A stretch of DNA of 64,000 nt from a bacterium (GCA_031362565.1 JANLSU010000058.1:10338-74337), one strand, 5' to 3'. Shown: positions 51,379 to 61,394, numbered from the stretch's first letter. Notes: generated from the sequence alone by a model not told the origin. A program made the numbers and translations.

Positions 51379-51915
51379 ATGCTGGTCTTGCAAAGAAATG
51401 TGGTTTTTGCGACGATGTGCGCCCTGTTAGCGGCGGCCGTGGCCCGCCCGTCGGTAGCCGACGAGATCAAGCTGGGGTACGTGGACGGCGAGAAAATCGT
51501 TCAGTCCTACAAGGGTTACAAAGACGCGGAGTCGCAGTTCGAGAAACAGCGCGACGCCTGGAACCAGGAGTTCGACAAGCGTTCACGCGAGCTGAAGGCT
51601 GCTGAAGAAGACTTCAAAGCCCAACAGCTCATGTTGAGCGAGGCGAAACGCAAAGAGAAGATCGACCTGCTGGAAACGCGTCGGAAGGACCTCGAGAAGT
51701 ACTACCAGGATATCTTCGGTGCCAACGGCGAGGCCGCTCGCAAAAACGAGGAGTTGCTACGCCCGATCCTCGACAAGGTGAATCTCCTCATCAAGGAGTT
51801 CGGGCAAGCAGAGAAATATACGTTGATCTTGGACGCAGCGAATACCGGGATCGCCTACGCTCCAGAGGCGATCAACCTGACGGACAAGATCATCGAGCGC
51901 CTGAACGCCCAATGA
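51379..51915 (+). CDS. skp: Periplasmic chaperone Skp/OmpH
   Basis: Signal peptide, KLGYVD, coiled-coil, Y.LILD...YA...LTD.II; located between bamA and lpxD. Confidence 0.9.
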   Translation: MLVLQRNVVFATMCALLAAAVARPSVADEIKLGYVDGEKIVQSYKGYKDAESQFEKQRDAWNQEFDKRSRELKAAEEDFKAQQLMLSEAKRKEKIDLLETRRKDLEKYYQDIFGANGEAARKNEELLRPILDKVNLLIKEFGQAEKYTLILDAANTGIAYAPEAINLTDKIIERLNAQ

Positions 51916-51968
51916 CGGGCCGTAGGGCGTTGCGGCGTCGGGCCACCGCCCTTTCCAAGGATTGATCC

Positions 51969-53066
51969 ATGACCTCGAACAAGGCTGCCGGATTGGAGCG
52001 CCTGTCGCGCCCGGAATCGCCGTGTCTGTTGCTCACCGAAGTCGCTCACCTGGTCGGGGGTGAGGTGGTGGGCGGTTCGAATCCGCTGATCACGGGCGTT
52101 GCGGGGATCCGCGACGCCCAGCCCGGAGAACTGACGTTTCTCGGCGCGCGGCGCTATCAGCCGTACTTGCAGACCACCCGCGCCAGTGCGGTTTTGGTGG
52201 GCCGGACGGAAGCGGTGCACCAGCCGGTCGTACGCGTCGACAATCCGGCCCTCGCCTTCATGAAGGTGCTGCGCTACTTCAGTGAGGCGGTGACCCTCAC
52301 CTTTCCGCGCACCGTGCATTCGACCGCCATTGTCGACGAGACCGTGCATCTAGGCCGCGACGTGTCGATTGGCGCGCATGTCGTGATCGAGGGCGGCGTC
52401 ACGATCGGCGACCGCACGGTGATTTTGCCCGGCACGTGCATCCTGCGCCACTCGCGGATCGGATCCGACTGCACGCTGTATCCCAACGTCGTGTTGCGCG
52501 AGTACACCGAGATCGGCGACCGGGTGATCGTCCATGCCGGCGCCGTGTTGGGCAGCGACGGGTTCGGTTTCCTGAGCGACGGCACGGCCCATTTGAAGGT
52601 GCCGCAGATCGGCCACGTGGTGATCGAAGACGACGTGGAGATCGGCGCCAATTCCTGCATCGACCGGGCGACGACGGGGATCACCCGGGTGCGCCGCGGC
52701 ACCAAGATCGACAATCTCGTGCAGGTGGCGCACAACGTCGAGATCGGCGAAGACAGCATCCTGTGCGCCCAGGTCGGCGTCTCGGGCAGCACGGTCGTCG
52801 GCAGCCGCGTCAAGCTTGCAGGACAAGCGGGTTTGGTCGGCCACATTCGCATCGGCGACGGTGCGACGGTCGGCGCCCAGGGTGGCGTCACGAAATCGGT
52901 CCCGGCCGACAGCGTCTGGTCGGGCTATCCGGCCCGCGAGCATCTCTCGGCACTGCGCCAGTACGCGGCGCTCATGCGTCTGCCGGGGGCGCTCGACGAA
53001 TTGCGCCGCCTTGCCGACCGCGTCGCGGCGCTCGAGTCCGGCGCCGATCGTGAGACGTCCACTTGA
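51969..53066 (+). CDS. lpxD: UDP-3-O-acyl-glucosamine N-acyltransferase
   Basis: Hexapeptide repeats; [25 protein letters not shown] and KIDNLVQ.AHN. Confidence 0.95.
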   Translation: MTSNKAAGLERLSRPESPCLLLTEVAHLVGGEVVGGSNPLITGVAGIRDAQPGELTFLGARRYQPYLQTTRASAVLVGRTEAVHQPVVRVDNPALAFMKVLRYFSEAVTLTFPRTVHSTAIVDETVHLGRDVSIGAHVVIEGGVTIGDRTVILPGTCILRHSRIGSDCTLYPNVVLREYTEIGDRVIVHAGAVLGSDGFGFLSDGTAHLKVPQIGHVVIEDDVEIGANSCIDRATTGITRVRRGTKIDNLVQVAHNVEIGEDSILCAQVGVSGSTVVGSRVKLAGQAGLVGHIRIGDGATVGAQGGVTKSVPADSVWSGYPAREHLSALRQYAALMRLPGALDELRRLADRVAALESGADRETST

Positions 53067-54367
53067 TCGGCCAGCAGACCACCATTCGCGACGCCGTCGC
53101 TATCGAGGGACTCGGACTGCACACCGGCAGCCCGGTTCGCATGCAATTGCATCCGGCGGGGCCCGATCACGGCATCGTTTTCCGGCGCACCGACCAGACG
53201 CCGCCGGTCGACATCCCGGCGCTGGTCCGCTTCGCGCCGGAGCACAGCGACCTCGGGCGCAACACGACGCTGCAAAGCGGCGACGTCCGGATTCACACCG
53301 TCGAGCACATCCTGGCGGCGGTGAGCGGCCTCGGCATCGACAACCTGCGGATCGATCTCGACAGCCACGAGCCGGTGGAACCGCCGGACGGCAGCTGCGC
53401 TGCCTTCGTGGCCAAGCTGCGGACCGCTGGCATCGTCAAGCAAGGGACGCCGAAGCGCACCTTCACGGTGCGGCGCCCGGTGACGTTTCGGGACGGGGAA
53501 GTCGAACTGCAAGCCGTTCCGTACGACGGTTTCCGCATCACATTCACGATCGTTTACGACAACCCGGTGATCGGCACCCAGCAGGCCAGCTTCGACATCG
53601 ATCCCGAGACCTTCGAACGAGAGATCGCCCCGGCCCGCACGTTCGCACTGCTGCGTGATGTTCGGGAACTACAGAAGATCGGCCTGATCAAGGGCGGCAC
53701 GCTGCAGAACGCCGTCGTCGTCGACGAGGACAAAATCGTCAACGACGGGCCGTTGCGTTTTCCCGACGAGTTCGTGCGCCACAAGATCCTCGATCTGCTC
53801 GGCGACTTGGCACTGCTCGGCCGGCCCATCCAAGGGCACATCCTCGCAGTGCGCTCCGGCCACGAGACGAACGGCAAGTTCGTGCAACGCTTGGCGCAAG
53901 CCGCCGGCGACGTCAAGACATCGCGCCCCGGCATCGTCTGGGACATCAATGACATCCAACGCATCATGCCGCACCGCTACCCGCTGTTGCTGGTCGACCG
54001 GATCCTCGAGTTCGAGGACCGCAAGCGGGTCGTGGGTATCAAAAACGTCACGATCAACGAACCGTTCTTCGTCGGCCATTTCCCGGGCCATCCGATCATG
54101 CCGGCGGTCCTCATCATCGAAGCCATGGCCCAATGCGGCGGCGTGTTGCTCCTGAACAGCGTCGACGATCCGGCGAACAAACTCATGTACTTCATGGGCA
54201 TCGACAAGGCGCGCTTCCGGAAACCGGTGTTGCCGGGGGACCAGTTGCGCTTCGAGCTGCAGTTGCTGCGATTCGGCGGCTCGGTGTGCAAGATGGAAGG
54301 CAAAGCCTACGTCGATGGCGAACTGGTGGCCGAAGCGGAGCTGCTTTCGACGATCATCGAGAGGTAA
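53063..54367 (+). CDS. lpxC-fabZ: Bifunctional LpxC deacetylase / FabZ dehydratase fusion
   Basis: G.GLHTG, TVEH, DGS, IAPARTF and EFVRHKILD (LpxC), then PHRYP.LLVDR and GHFPG.P.MP.VL..EAMAQ (FabZ). Confidence 0.95.
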   Translation: MIGQQTTIRDAVAIEGLGLHTGSPVRMQLHPAGPDHGIVFRRTDQTPPVDIPALVRFAPEHSDLGRNTTLQSGDVRIHTVEHILAAVSGLGIDNLRIDLDSHEPVEPPDGSCAAFVAKLRTAGIVKQGTPKRTFTVRRPVTFRDGEVELQAVPYDGFRITFTIVYDNPVIGTQQASFDIDPETFEREIAPARTFALLRDVRELQKIGLIKGGTLQNAVVVDEDKIVNDGPLRFPDEFVRHKILDLLGDLALLGRPIQGHILAVRSGHETNGKFVQRLAQAAGDVKTSRPGIVWDINDIQRIMPHRYPLLLVDRILEFEDRKRVVGIKNVTINEPFFVGHFPGHPIMPAVLIIEAMAQCGGVLLLNSVDDPANKLMYFMGIDKARFRKPVLPGDQLRFELQLLRFGGSVCKMEGKAYVDGELVAEAELLSTIIER

Positions 54368-54369
54368 GA

Positions 54370-55146
54370 ATGCTCGACATTCACGCCACGGCCATCGTCC
54401 ATCCGCACGCCCAACTCGGCCAGGACGTCACGGTCGGACCGTACTCCATCGTCGGTCCGGACGTGGTCGTCGGCGACGGCACCTGGATCGGCGCGCATGT
54501 CGTGCTCGAAGGCCGCACGACTCTCGGCAAGCGCAACCGCATCTTCCACGGCGCCGCACTCGGCGGTGCACCCCAGGATCTCAAATTCCGCGGCGAGACG
54601 ACGTTTCTTCGCATCGGTGACGACAACACAATCCGCGAGTACGCGACGCTGAACCTGGCGTGCATCGACGGCGAATCGACCCTGGTCGGGGATGGCTGCT
54701 TGCTCATGGCCTATGTGCACATCGCCCACAACTGCCATGTCGGCTCGGGGGTGATTCTGGCCAACGCCGTCAATCTCGCCGGCCACGTCGAAGTGCAGAA
54801 TTTCGCGACGATCGGCGGCATCACGCCGGTGCATCAGTTCGCGCGCATCGGCACCTATGCGTTCATTGGCGGCGGCAGCCGGGTTCCCAAAGACGTCCCG
54901 CCCTACGTCAAGGCAGCCGGCAATCCGCTCGAATTGGCCGGCATCAACAGCATCGGGCTCGAGCGCCATGGTTTCGACGAAGACCGGCGCGCGACGTTGA
55001 AACGTGCTTACCGCATTCTGTTCCGCTCCGGCTTGAACGTCTCGCAGGGCCTCTCTCGTCTGAAGGCGGAGTGCGATCCTCACGATGAAGACCTGCAGAT
55101 CTTGATCCGCTTCGTCGAAACGTCCGAACGCGGGATCGAAACCTGA
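54370..55146 (+). CDS. lpxA: Acyl-ACP--UDP-GlcNAc acyltransferase
   Basis: IH.TAIV, PQDLK, IRE, HIAH.C, LAGHV, HQF and G.N.IGL.R. Confidence 0.95.
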   Translation: MLDIHATAIVHPHAQLGQDVTVGPYSIVGPDVVVGDGTWIGAHVVLEGRTTLGKRNRIFHGAALGGAPQDLKFRGETTFLRIGDDNTIREYATLNLACIDGESTLVGDGCLLMAYVHIAHNCHVGSGVILANAVNLAGHVEVQNFATIGGITPVHQFARIGTYAFIGGGSRVPKDVPPYVKAAGNPLELAGINSIGLERHGFDEDRRATLKRAYRILFRSGLNVSQGLSRLKAECDPHDEDLQILIRFVETSERGIET

Positions 55147-55163
55147 CGCCGGCGGGACGACCG

Positions 55164-56135
55164 ATGCGTGTGGCGGTCGTCGGCACCGGCCACCTCGGAC
55201 GCGAGCACGCGCGGGTCTATTCGCAGTTGCCGGATGTCCAACTGGTGGGCGTGTACGACATCGACGAGGCGGCGGCGCGCGCCGCGGCCGAGCGCGCCGC
55301 TTGCCCGGTCCTGACCGGCCTCGGCGCCGTGTTGGCCGGCGCCGATGCGGTCAGCGTCTGCGTGCCGACGCCCGCCCACGCGGAGATTGCCGGCGCGTGT
55401 CTCGAGGGCGGGCTGCACGTTCTCGTCGAGAAGCCGATCACCGACGACTTGGAGAGCGCGCGTGCCTTGTGCCGTTTGGCTGCGGCACGCCACCGGGTTC
55501 TGCAAGTCGGCCACATCGAGCGCTTCAATCCGGCGATGGTTGCCGCCGCCCTGCACCTGCATGCGCCGCGTTTCATCGAATCACACCGCCTGGCGCCGTT
55601 CGGCCGCCGCGGCGCCGACGTGCCGGTGGTTCTCGACTTGATGATTCACGACCTCGACTTGGTGCTGAGCCTCGTCGGTGACGATGTCGAGAGCATCGAC
55701 GCATCCGGGGTCGCGGTTCTGACGCCGAGCACCGATATCGCCAACGCCCGGCTGCGGTTTCGGAACGGTTGTGTCGCCAACCTCACCGCCAGCCGCATCT
55801 CGATCGAACGCGTTCGCAAGATCCGTTTCTTCCAGCCCGACAGTTATATTTCGGTGGATTTGTCGGGCGGCCAAGTCGCGATGTACCGCAAACAGGCAGG
55901 CTTCGATGCGGCGGCGTTTCAGGCGGCACTCCGGCGCGGTGAAACGCCGGACTTGTGGCAGGCGGTCGAACCGGTGTCCGTGCCGGTGGTGCCCGACGAG
56001 CCGCTGCGGCTCGAACTGGCTGCCTTTATCGAGTGTGTGCAAAGCGGCGCCGCGCCGGCGGTGCGCGGCGAAGATGGGGTGCGCGCTCTCGAAGTTGCCT
56101 GCGAGATCGAGCGCCTCTTGCGCACGGAGTCCTGA
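55164..56135 (+). CDS. Gfo/Idh/MocA oxidoreductase (GnnA-like UDP-GlcNAc 3-dehydrogenase candidate)
   Basis: G.GHLG..H, EKP, VGHIERFNP, VVLDLMIHD.D and TASR.S; located between lpxA and lpxB. Confidence 0.8.
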   Translation: MRVAVVGTGHLGREHARVYSQLPDVQLVGVYDIDEAAARAAAERAACPVLTGLGAVLAGADAVSVCVPTPAHAEIAGACLEGGLHVLVEKPITDDLESARALCRLAAARHRVLQVGHIERFNPAMVAAALHLHAPRFIESHRLAPFGRRGADVPVVLDLMIHDLDLVLSLVGDDVESIDASGVAVLTPSTDIANARLRFRNGCVANLTASRISIERVRKIRFFQPDSYISVDLSGGQVAMYRKQAGFDAAAFQAALRRGETPDLWQAVEPVSVPVVPDEPLRLELAAFIECVQSGAAPAVRGEDGVRALEVACEIERLLRTES

Positions 56136-57247
56136 TGCGCGTCCTCGTCGTGACCGGCGAGGCCAGCGGCGACGCGCACGCAGCGAAGGTGGTGCGCCAC
56201 CTGCGCGCGGCGGGCGCCGAGGTCGCGGCCGTCGGTGGCCCGGCACTTGCCGCGACCGGGGCGCGGATCCTAGAGCGCGTCGAAGCACTGACGGTCGTTG
56301 GTTTCGTCGAAGTCCTCGCCCGCATGCCGCGCCTCGTGGCGCTCAAACGGCGCCTCGACGCCGGGCTGCAAGCCGGCGAATACGACCTCGCTCTCCTCGT
56401 CGACTACGCCGGATTCAACTTACGCATTGCCGCCAGCGCGCACCGGGCTGGAGTCCCGGTCCTGTACTTCGTCGGACCGCAAGTGTGGGCGTGGCGGGCG
56501 CACCGGCTGCGGGCGATGCGCGAGCGTGTCGACCATGTGGCGCTCATCCTGCCGTTCGAAAAACCGCACTACGACGCGGCGGGAGTGCCGGCGACATTTG
56601 TCGGACATCCGTTGCTCGACGATCCACGTGGCGTGGCGGTCGAACCGGATCGCGATCTCGGATTGTTTCCCGGCAGCCGGCCGCAGGAAATCGCCGCGCA
56701 CCTGCCGGTCCTTTTGGCGACGGCAGCGCGCCTGCAGCGTTCGCGGCCGGGTTTGCGGCTGCTCGTGAGCCAAGCTCCGACCGTCGATGCAGCGGCGATG
56801 CAACGCCGGTTGCGGGCCGCCGGCTTCGATCCGGATGCGGTACTCGTCTCCGAGGCGACGGGGGTCGCGATGCGGCGCTGCCGGGCCCTGTTGGTGGTTT
56901 CCGGCACCGCCACTCTCGAAGCGGCGCTGGCGGAACGGCCGTTCGCGGTGCTGTATCGGACGAGCGGCTTGACGTTCGCGGTGGCCAGGCGCTTGGTGCG
57001 CGTGCCGTCGGTGGCGCTTGCCAACTTGGTGGCGGGGGAGCGCGTCGTGCGGGAATACTTGCAGGGCGATGCAAATCCGGCGGCGCTGGCCGCCGAAGCA
57101 GCACGCCTGCTCGATGATCCCGTTGAACGCGAGCGCATCTTGGCCGGCGTCCGCCACGTGCGCGAACGGCTGGGTCCCCCCGGCGGGCCGGCGCGGGTCG
57201 CGGCGCTCGCCTACGACGTCGTGCGGCGCGCTGGACCCCGGCCATGA
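56135..57247 (+). CDS. lpxB: Lipid-A-disaccharide synthase
   Basis: GEASGD, VDY.GFN, PQVWAWR, LPFE, FVGHP, PGSR, SGTATLE and L.N. Confidence 0.93.
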   Translation: MRVLVVTGEASGDAHAAKVVRHLRAAGAEVAAVGGPALAATGARILERVEALTVVGFVEVLARMPRLVALKRRLDAGLQAGEYDLALLVDYAGFNLRIAASAHRAGVPVLYFVGPQVWAWRAHRLRAMRERVDHVALILPFEKPHYDAAGVPATFVGHPLLDDPRGVAVEPDRDLGLFPGSRPQEIAAHLPVLLATAARLQRSRPGLRLLVSQAPTVDAAAMQRRLRAAGFDPDAVLVSEATGVAMRRCRALLVVSGTATLEAALAERPFAVLYRTSGLTFAVARRLVRVPSVALANLVAGERVVREYLQGDANPAALAAEAARLLDDPVERERILAGVRHVRERLGPPGGPARVAALAYDVVRRAGPRP

Positions 57248-58950
57248 AGGCGCGGGTGTGGGCGGGGGAAGCGCTGCTCCGCGCCCTGGGTTCGACGTGG
57301 CGCGTCGAACTCGAGGGCGGCGACCGGCTCGCGGCGGCGCGGCGCGCCAGTCCGCACGGCAATGTGATCTTGGCCTTGTGGCATAGCTCACTGCTCATTT
57401 TGGCGTACACGCATCGCGGCAAAGGCATCCAAGTCCTCGTGAGCCAGCATCGTGATGGCGAGTGGATTGCGCAGATCTTGGCGCGCTTAGGGAACGGCTT
57501 GGTGCGCGGCTCGAGCCGCCGGGGCGGTGTTGAAGCTCTGTTTCGGATGACGACGCATCTCGAAGCCGGACGCGACGTCGCGGTGACGGTGGACGGGCCG
57601 GTTGGACCACGTTACACGGTGCATCCGGGGGTCATTCTGCTGGCGCGACGGACGGGCACGCCGATCGTACCGTTGGTGCCGGCTTTCGAGCGCGGGCGGT
57701 TCTTGCGCACTTGGGATGCGTTGCGCGTTCCGAGTCCGGGATCCAGGGTGCATGTCGACCATGACGCGGCCTTTTTCGTCCGCAAGGCGAATGCGGCGGG
57801 AACTGTTGCCGGCGAGCAACGGCGACTGGAACAGGCGATGCAGGCCGCGACGGCACGCGCCGAAGAACGCTTTGGCCGGGTGTTTGTCGGGCGCGACGTT
57901 CAGGATCACCGGTCGTATTGGGAACGGGCTTCGGAACGCCCGACGCCGCCGGCGGCGTTGCGGGCGCTGGCGGTGGTCCATGCCGGGGCGGTGCGCATCG
58001 AGCGTGCGGCGCGGCCGCGGCCGCGCGGTCGCGGCGGCTCGCCGTGGGTGATTGGCATCGGCAATCTCGAAGCGGGCGGTACCGGCAAGACACCGTGCCT
58101 GATCGAAATCGCCGCCGCTCTCGTGGAGCGTGGCCGCCGCGTCGCGGTCTTGACCCGCGGGCATGGCGGCACGCTCGGCCGGCGGCCCACCTTCGTCGAC
58201 CGGGAGCACCTCGAAGGCGCCGCGGATGAAACGCGCGAGATGGCGGCCGCCCTGGGACTCGGCACGCGCCTGCTCGTGGCGCGTGACAAGCGCGCCGGTC
58301 TCGAGGTGCTTCGCCTTGCCGGCGACTGCGACGTGGTGCTCGTGGACGACGCATTCCAGACAGCCGGACTCGAGGTCGACCGCCATTTGGTGCTGCTCGA
58401 TTGGCAGCAGCCGCTCGCCAACGGCTGGTTGTTGCCCGCCGGGCGCTTGCGCGAACCGGCGGCCGGGCTCCGCCGCGCCGGGGTGCTCCTTTTTACCCGT
58501 GCCGCGTCAGACCGCGCGCCGGACCATGCGGCGTGGGCGCACATCGCGCCAGAGCGGCGCTTCTGTGTGTCCGAGGCCGCCGGGGCGCTCCGAACTCCGG
58601 GTGGCGCCGTGCGTCCGCCGGAGGCGTTGCGTGGCCAGGGCGTCGCGGCGCTTTGCGGCCTGGGCCATCCCCAGGCGTTCGAGACGCTCGTCTTCGCAGT
58701 CGCGAAGCAGGGTGGTTTCGAACTGCGGCGCGCCGTTCGCGTCGGTGATCATGCGCCGCTCGAAGCGCAACTCCGCAAGTTGGTCGGCCGCCTCGAGGCG
58801 CTCGGCTGTGCGCACGTCGTGACGACGCGTAAGGACCTGGCGCGCCTGCCACCGGCCTCCCAATGGAACGAGCCGCTGCTCGTGCTCGAACAGCGGCTCG
58901 TTTTCGCAGATCGCAACGGGCTCCTGGAGAGCCTGCTGCCGCGGACCTAG
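57244..58950 (+). CDS. lpxK: Fusion of DUF374 (LpxJ-like acyltransferase) and tetraacyldisaccharide 4'-kinase LpxK
   Basis: N-part: WH, S.HRDGE, RGSS.RGG and DGP.GP (DUF374). C-part: GN..GGTGKTP, RG.GG, DE, DDAFQ and LLPAG.LREP (LpxK). One uninterrupted 568-aa frame. Confidence 0.85.
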   Translation: MKARVWAGEALLRALGSTWRVELEGGDRLAAARRASPHGNVILALWHSSLLILAYTHRGKGIQVLVSQHRDGEWIAQILARLGNGLVRGSSRRGGVEALFRMTTHLEAGRDVAVTVDGPVGPRYTVHPGVILLARRTGTPIVPLVPAFERGRFLRTWDALRVPSPGSRVHVDHDAAFFVRKANAAGTVAGEQRRLEQAMQAATARAEERFGRVFVGRDVQDHRSYWERASERPTPPAALRALAVVHAGAVRIERAARPRPRGRGGSPWVIGIGNLEAGGTGKTPCLIEIAAALVERGRRVAVLTRGHGGTLGRRPTFVDREHLEGAADETREMAAALGLGTRLLVARDKRAGLEVLRLAGDCDVVLVDDAFQTAGLEVDRHLVLLDWQQPLANGWLLPAGRLREPAAGLRRAGVLLFTRAASDRAPDHAAWAHIAPERRFCVSEAAGALRTPGGAVRPPEALRGQGVAALCGLGHPQAFETLVFAVAKQGGFELRRAVRVGDHAPLEAQLRKLVGRLEALGCAHVVTTRKDLARLPPASQWNEPLLVLEQRLVFADRNGLLESLLPRT

Positions 58951-59507
58951 TTCTGGTCCGCGAAATTCGCCAAGACGACCGACATCGTCGCTTGCACGTG
59001 AATGGTCTTGCTTGGATCGACGGCCGGCGAGCCGACGAAATCGATGTCGGCGATCAGCGGAACCTGGCCGCCGGCGGCCAGCGCCGCGAATGGCGCCGCG
59101 GTTTTCATTCCCAATGACACGACCAGGGCGCTCAAGCTTGCCGTTCCATTGATCGGCACGACGCTCGAGACGGCTTCGGTGTGATTGAACGGTGCGAGAT
59201 CCAGTCCGCCGGGCGTACCGGCCGTCGCGCGCCAAGTCACGGTGTAGCCCGTGATCTGGAAGTCGAGCCCGAAGTTGGTCGGGTCCACCACGATGGACGG
59301 CGAGTAGGGCCGGTTGGTGAACTCGACGGGCGTCAGATCGGTCGGGATATAGTTGAACCCGGTGGCCGCATCGACGGCGATCACGTCGGACAAGAGCGGT
59401 GCACCGGCGTTGATGGTCGATACCCGCACGATGAACGGGTTCTGATTACTCTCCGCGCACCCGAGTGCGAGGAATGCAAGGCTGAGCACGATGGCTGCAC
59501 GTCGCAT
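58947..59507 (-). CDS. Hypothetical lipoprotein
   Basis: MRRAAIVLSLAFLALG-C lipobox; GGAGG RBS; beta-rich body; convergent 4-bp overlap with lpxK. Confidence 0.75.
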   Translation of the reverse strand: MRRAAIVLSLAFLALGCAESNQNPFIVRVSTINAGAPLLSDVIAVDAATGFNYIPTDLTPVEFTNRPYSPSIVVDPTNFGLDFQITGYTVTWRATAGTPGGLDLAPFNHTEAVSSVVPINGTASLSALVVSLGMKTAAPFAALAAGGQVPLIADIDFVGSPAVDPSKTIHVQATMSVVLANFADQN

Positions 59508-59571
59508 GACTGATTCCTCCAGGAAATCGTCGCCGCGCATCCAGGGCGCGCGGATCCGTGTGAGCTGTTCG

Positions 59572-59588
59572 TGCAACGGACATGCCAG
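59572..59588 (-). promoter_or_regulatory. Sigma-54 promoter of the lipoprotein gene
   Basis: Minus strand CTGGCATGTCCGTTGCA, a near-consensus GG-N10-GC site ~65 bp upstream of the ATG. Confidence 0.7.
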
Positions 59589-59720
59589 GGTCCGGACGCG
59601 CCACGATGGGGCGCGTTGTGCCTTGGCCCGCCTCGCCGTGGAGCGGTGCGACGCTCGCTGGCTTGCCAGACGCGCGAGACGCGGTTAGCCTTGTCGCGTC
59701 CTCGAATCGGAAGGGCACTC

Positions 59721-61394
59721 GTGACCGTTCGGAACGTGGGCAACGCGGCGTGCGACTTCCTCGTCGTCGGGAGCGGTGTCGCCGGATTGCTGACGGCGTT
59801 GCATGCGGCACGGCATGGCAGTGTCGTTCTGGTCACCAAGCGCGCGGCCACCGATTCCAACACCAACTATGCGCAAGGCGGCATCGCCTCGGTGATGAGC
59901 CCGCTCGACTCCTACGAACGCCACGTCGAAGACACTCTCGTGGCGGGCGCCGGCATTTGCCGCCGCGCCGTTGTCGAGGATGTCGTGCGCCACGGCCCGG
60001 CGGTCATTCATGAACTCATGGAGTATGGGGCCCGTTTCACCGCCGGCAAAGGCGCCTTGGCTCTCGGCCGCGAGGGTGGGCACTCCTCGAATCGCATCGT
60101 TCATTTTGCCGACCAGACGGGCCGCGAAATCGAGCGGGCGCTCTACGCCGCGGTCTGCGCCGAGCCGGCGATCACCGTGCGCGAGAACATCCTCGCGGTC
60201 AATTTGCTCGGCGGACGCCGGGCTGCAGACCAGCCCTTGGAAGCGAGCCGCGTCGACGGCGCGTATCTCCTCGACGAGAGTTCCGGGAGAATCATGGCGC
60301 AAGCCGCGCGGGTGACCGTGCTCGCGACCGGTGGTTCGGGGAAAGCGTATCTCTACACCTCGAATCCGGACGTCGCGACCGGCGACGGCATCGCCATGGC
60401 GTATCGTGCCGGCGCCCGGGTCGCCGATCTGGAGTTCGTCCAGTTCCATCCCACCTGCCTCTACAACACGAGCGGCAGCCGCTTCTTGATCAGCGAAGCC
60501 GTGCGCGGCGAGGGCGCAATCTTGCGCAATGCGGCCGGCGACGAGTTCATGTCCGGCTATGACGCGCGCCGTGAACTTGCACCACGCGACGTGGTGGCGC
60601 GCGCCATCGACATGGAAATGAAACGCCGCGGCGACAAATGCGTCTTCTTGGATGTCCGCCATCTGAGCGCCGGGCACCTGCGCGAACGCTTCCCGAACAT
60701 CTATGACGCGTGCGAGCGCCAGGGCCTGCATCTGGAACGCGATTTGATTCCGGTCGTGCCGGCGGCGCACTACATGTGCGGCGGCGTGCTGGTCGACGCC
60801 GACGGCAAGACCGATTTGCCCGGCCTCTACGCTCTCGGCGAGACGAGTTGCACCGGCCTGCATGGCGCCAATCGCCTGGCGTCGAACTCGCTTCTCGAGG
60901 CCCTCGTGTATGCGACTCGGGTCGTGAACAATGCCGTGGCGCGCGGCCTGCTGACGCGCCCCGCACCACCGGCGCCCGATTGGTCCGATGCCGGAACCAC
61001 CAGCGCCTACGACACCGTTGTTCTGGATCATGACTGGGACGCGACGCGGCGCGTCCTGTGGGACTATGTCGGCATCGTGCGGAGCGACGAACGGCTGGAA
61101 ATCGCTGCCGAGCGTCTCGCGGTTCTGCGCCGCGACATCGAGGGCTACTACTGGCGCTACCGCCTGTCGGCGGATCTGATCGAACTCCGCAACATTGCGC
61201 TCGTCGGTGACCTCATCGTGCGTTGTGCGCGCTTTCGGCGCGAGAGCCGCGGCCTGCATCACACGACCACCTGGCCGGACGAGGCGGCGGCGTTCCGCGG
61301 CGACACGGTGTTGTCGCGTTTTGTGGCGCCGTACCTGCTGCCGACCGACGTGCCGGTCGAGACCGAACCCTTTTCCGGGAGTCCGGCCGCGTGA
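59721..61394 (+). CDS. nadB: L-aspartate oxidase
   Basis: GSG.AGL, SNT.YAQGGIA, REGGHS..RI.H, TGDG.AMA, EF.QFHPT, SEA.RGEG, PAAHY.CGG, HGANRLASNSLLE and ESRG.H. Confidence 0.93.
   Translation: MTVRNVGNAACDFLVVGSGVAGLLTALHAARHGSVVLVTKRAATDSNTNYAQGGIASVMSPLDSYERHVEDTLVAGAGICRRAVVEDVVRHGPAVIHELMEYGARFTAGKGALALGREGGHSSNRIVHFADQTGREIERALYAAVCAEPAITVRENILAVNLLGGRRAADQPLEASRVDGAYLLDESSGRIMAQAARVTVLATGGSGKAYLYTSNPDVATGDGIAMAYRAGARVADLEFVQFHPTCLYNTSGSRFLISEAVRGEGAILRNAAGDEFMSGYDARRELAPRDVVARAIDMEMKRRGDKCVFLDVRHLSAGHLRERFPNIYDACERQGLHLERDLIPVVPAAHYMCGGVLVDADGKTDLPGLYALGETSCTGLHGANRLASNSLLEALVYATRVVNNAVARGLLTRPAPPAPDWSDAGTTSAYDTVVLDHDWDATRRVLWDYVGIVRSDERLEIAAERLAVLRRDIEGYYWRYRLSADLIELRNIALVGDLIVRCARFRRESRGLHHTTTWPDEAAAFRGDTVLSRFVAPYLLPTDVPVETEPFSGSPAA

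Noticed and set aside
53063-54367. LpxC-FabZ fusion as a novelty
   Set aside because: Well known in Bacteroidota, Chlorobi and related phyla; useful only as a taxonomic hint.
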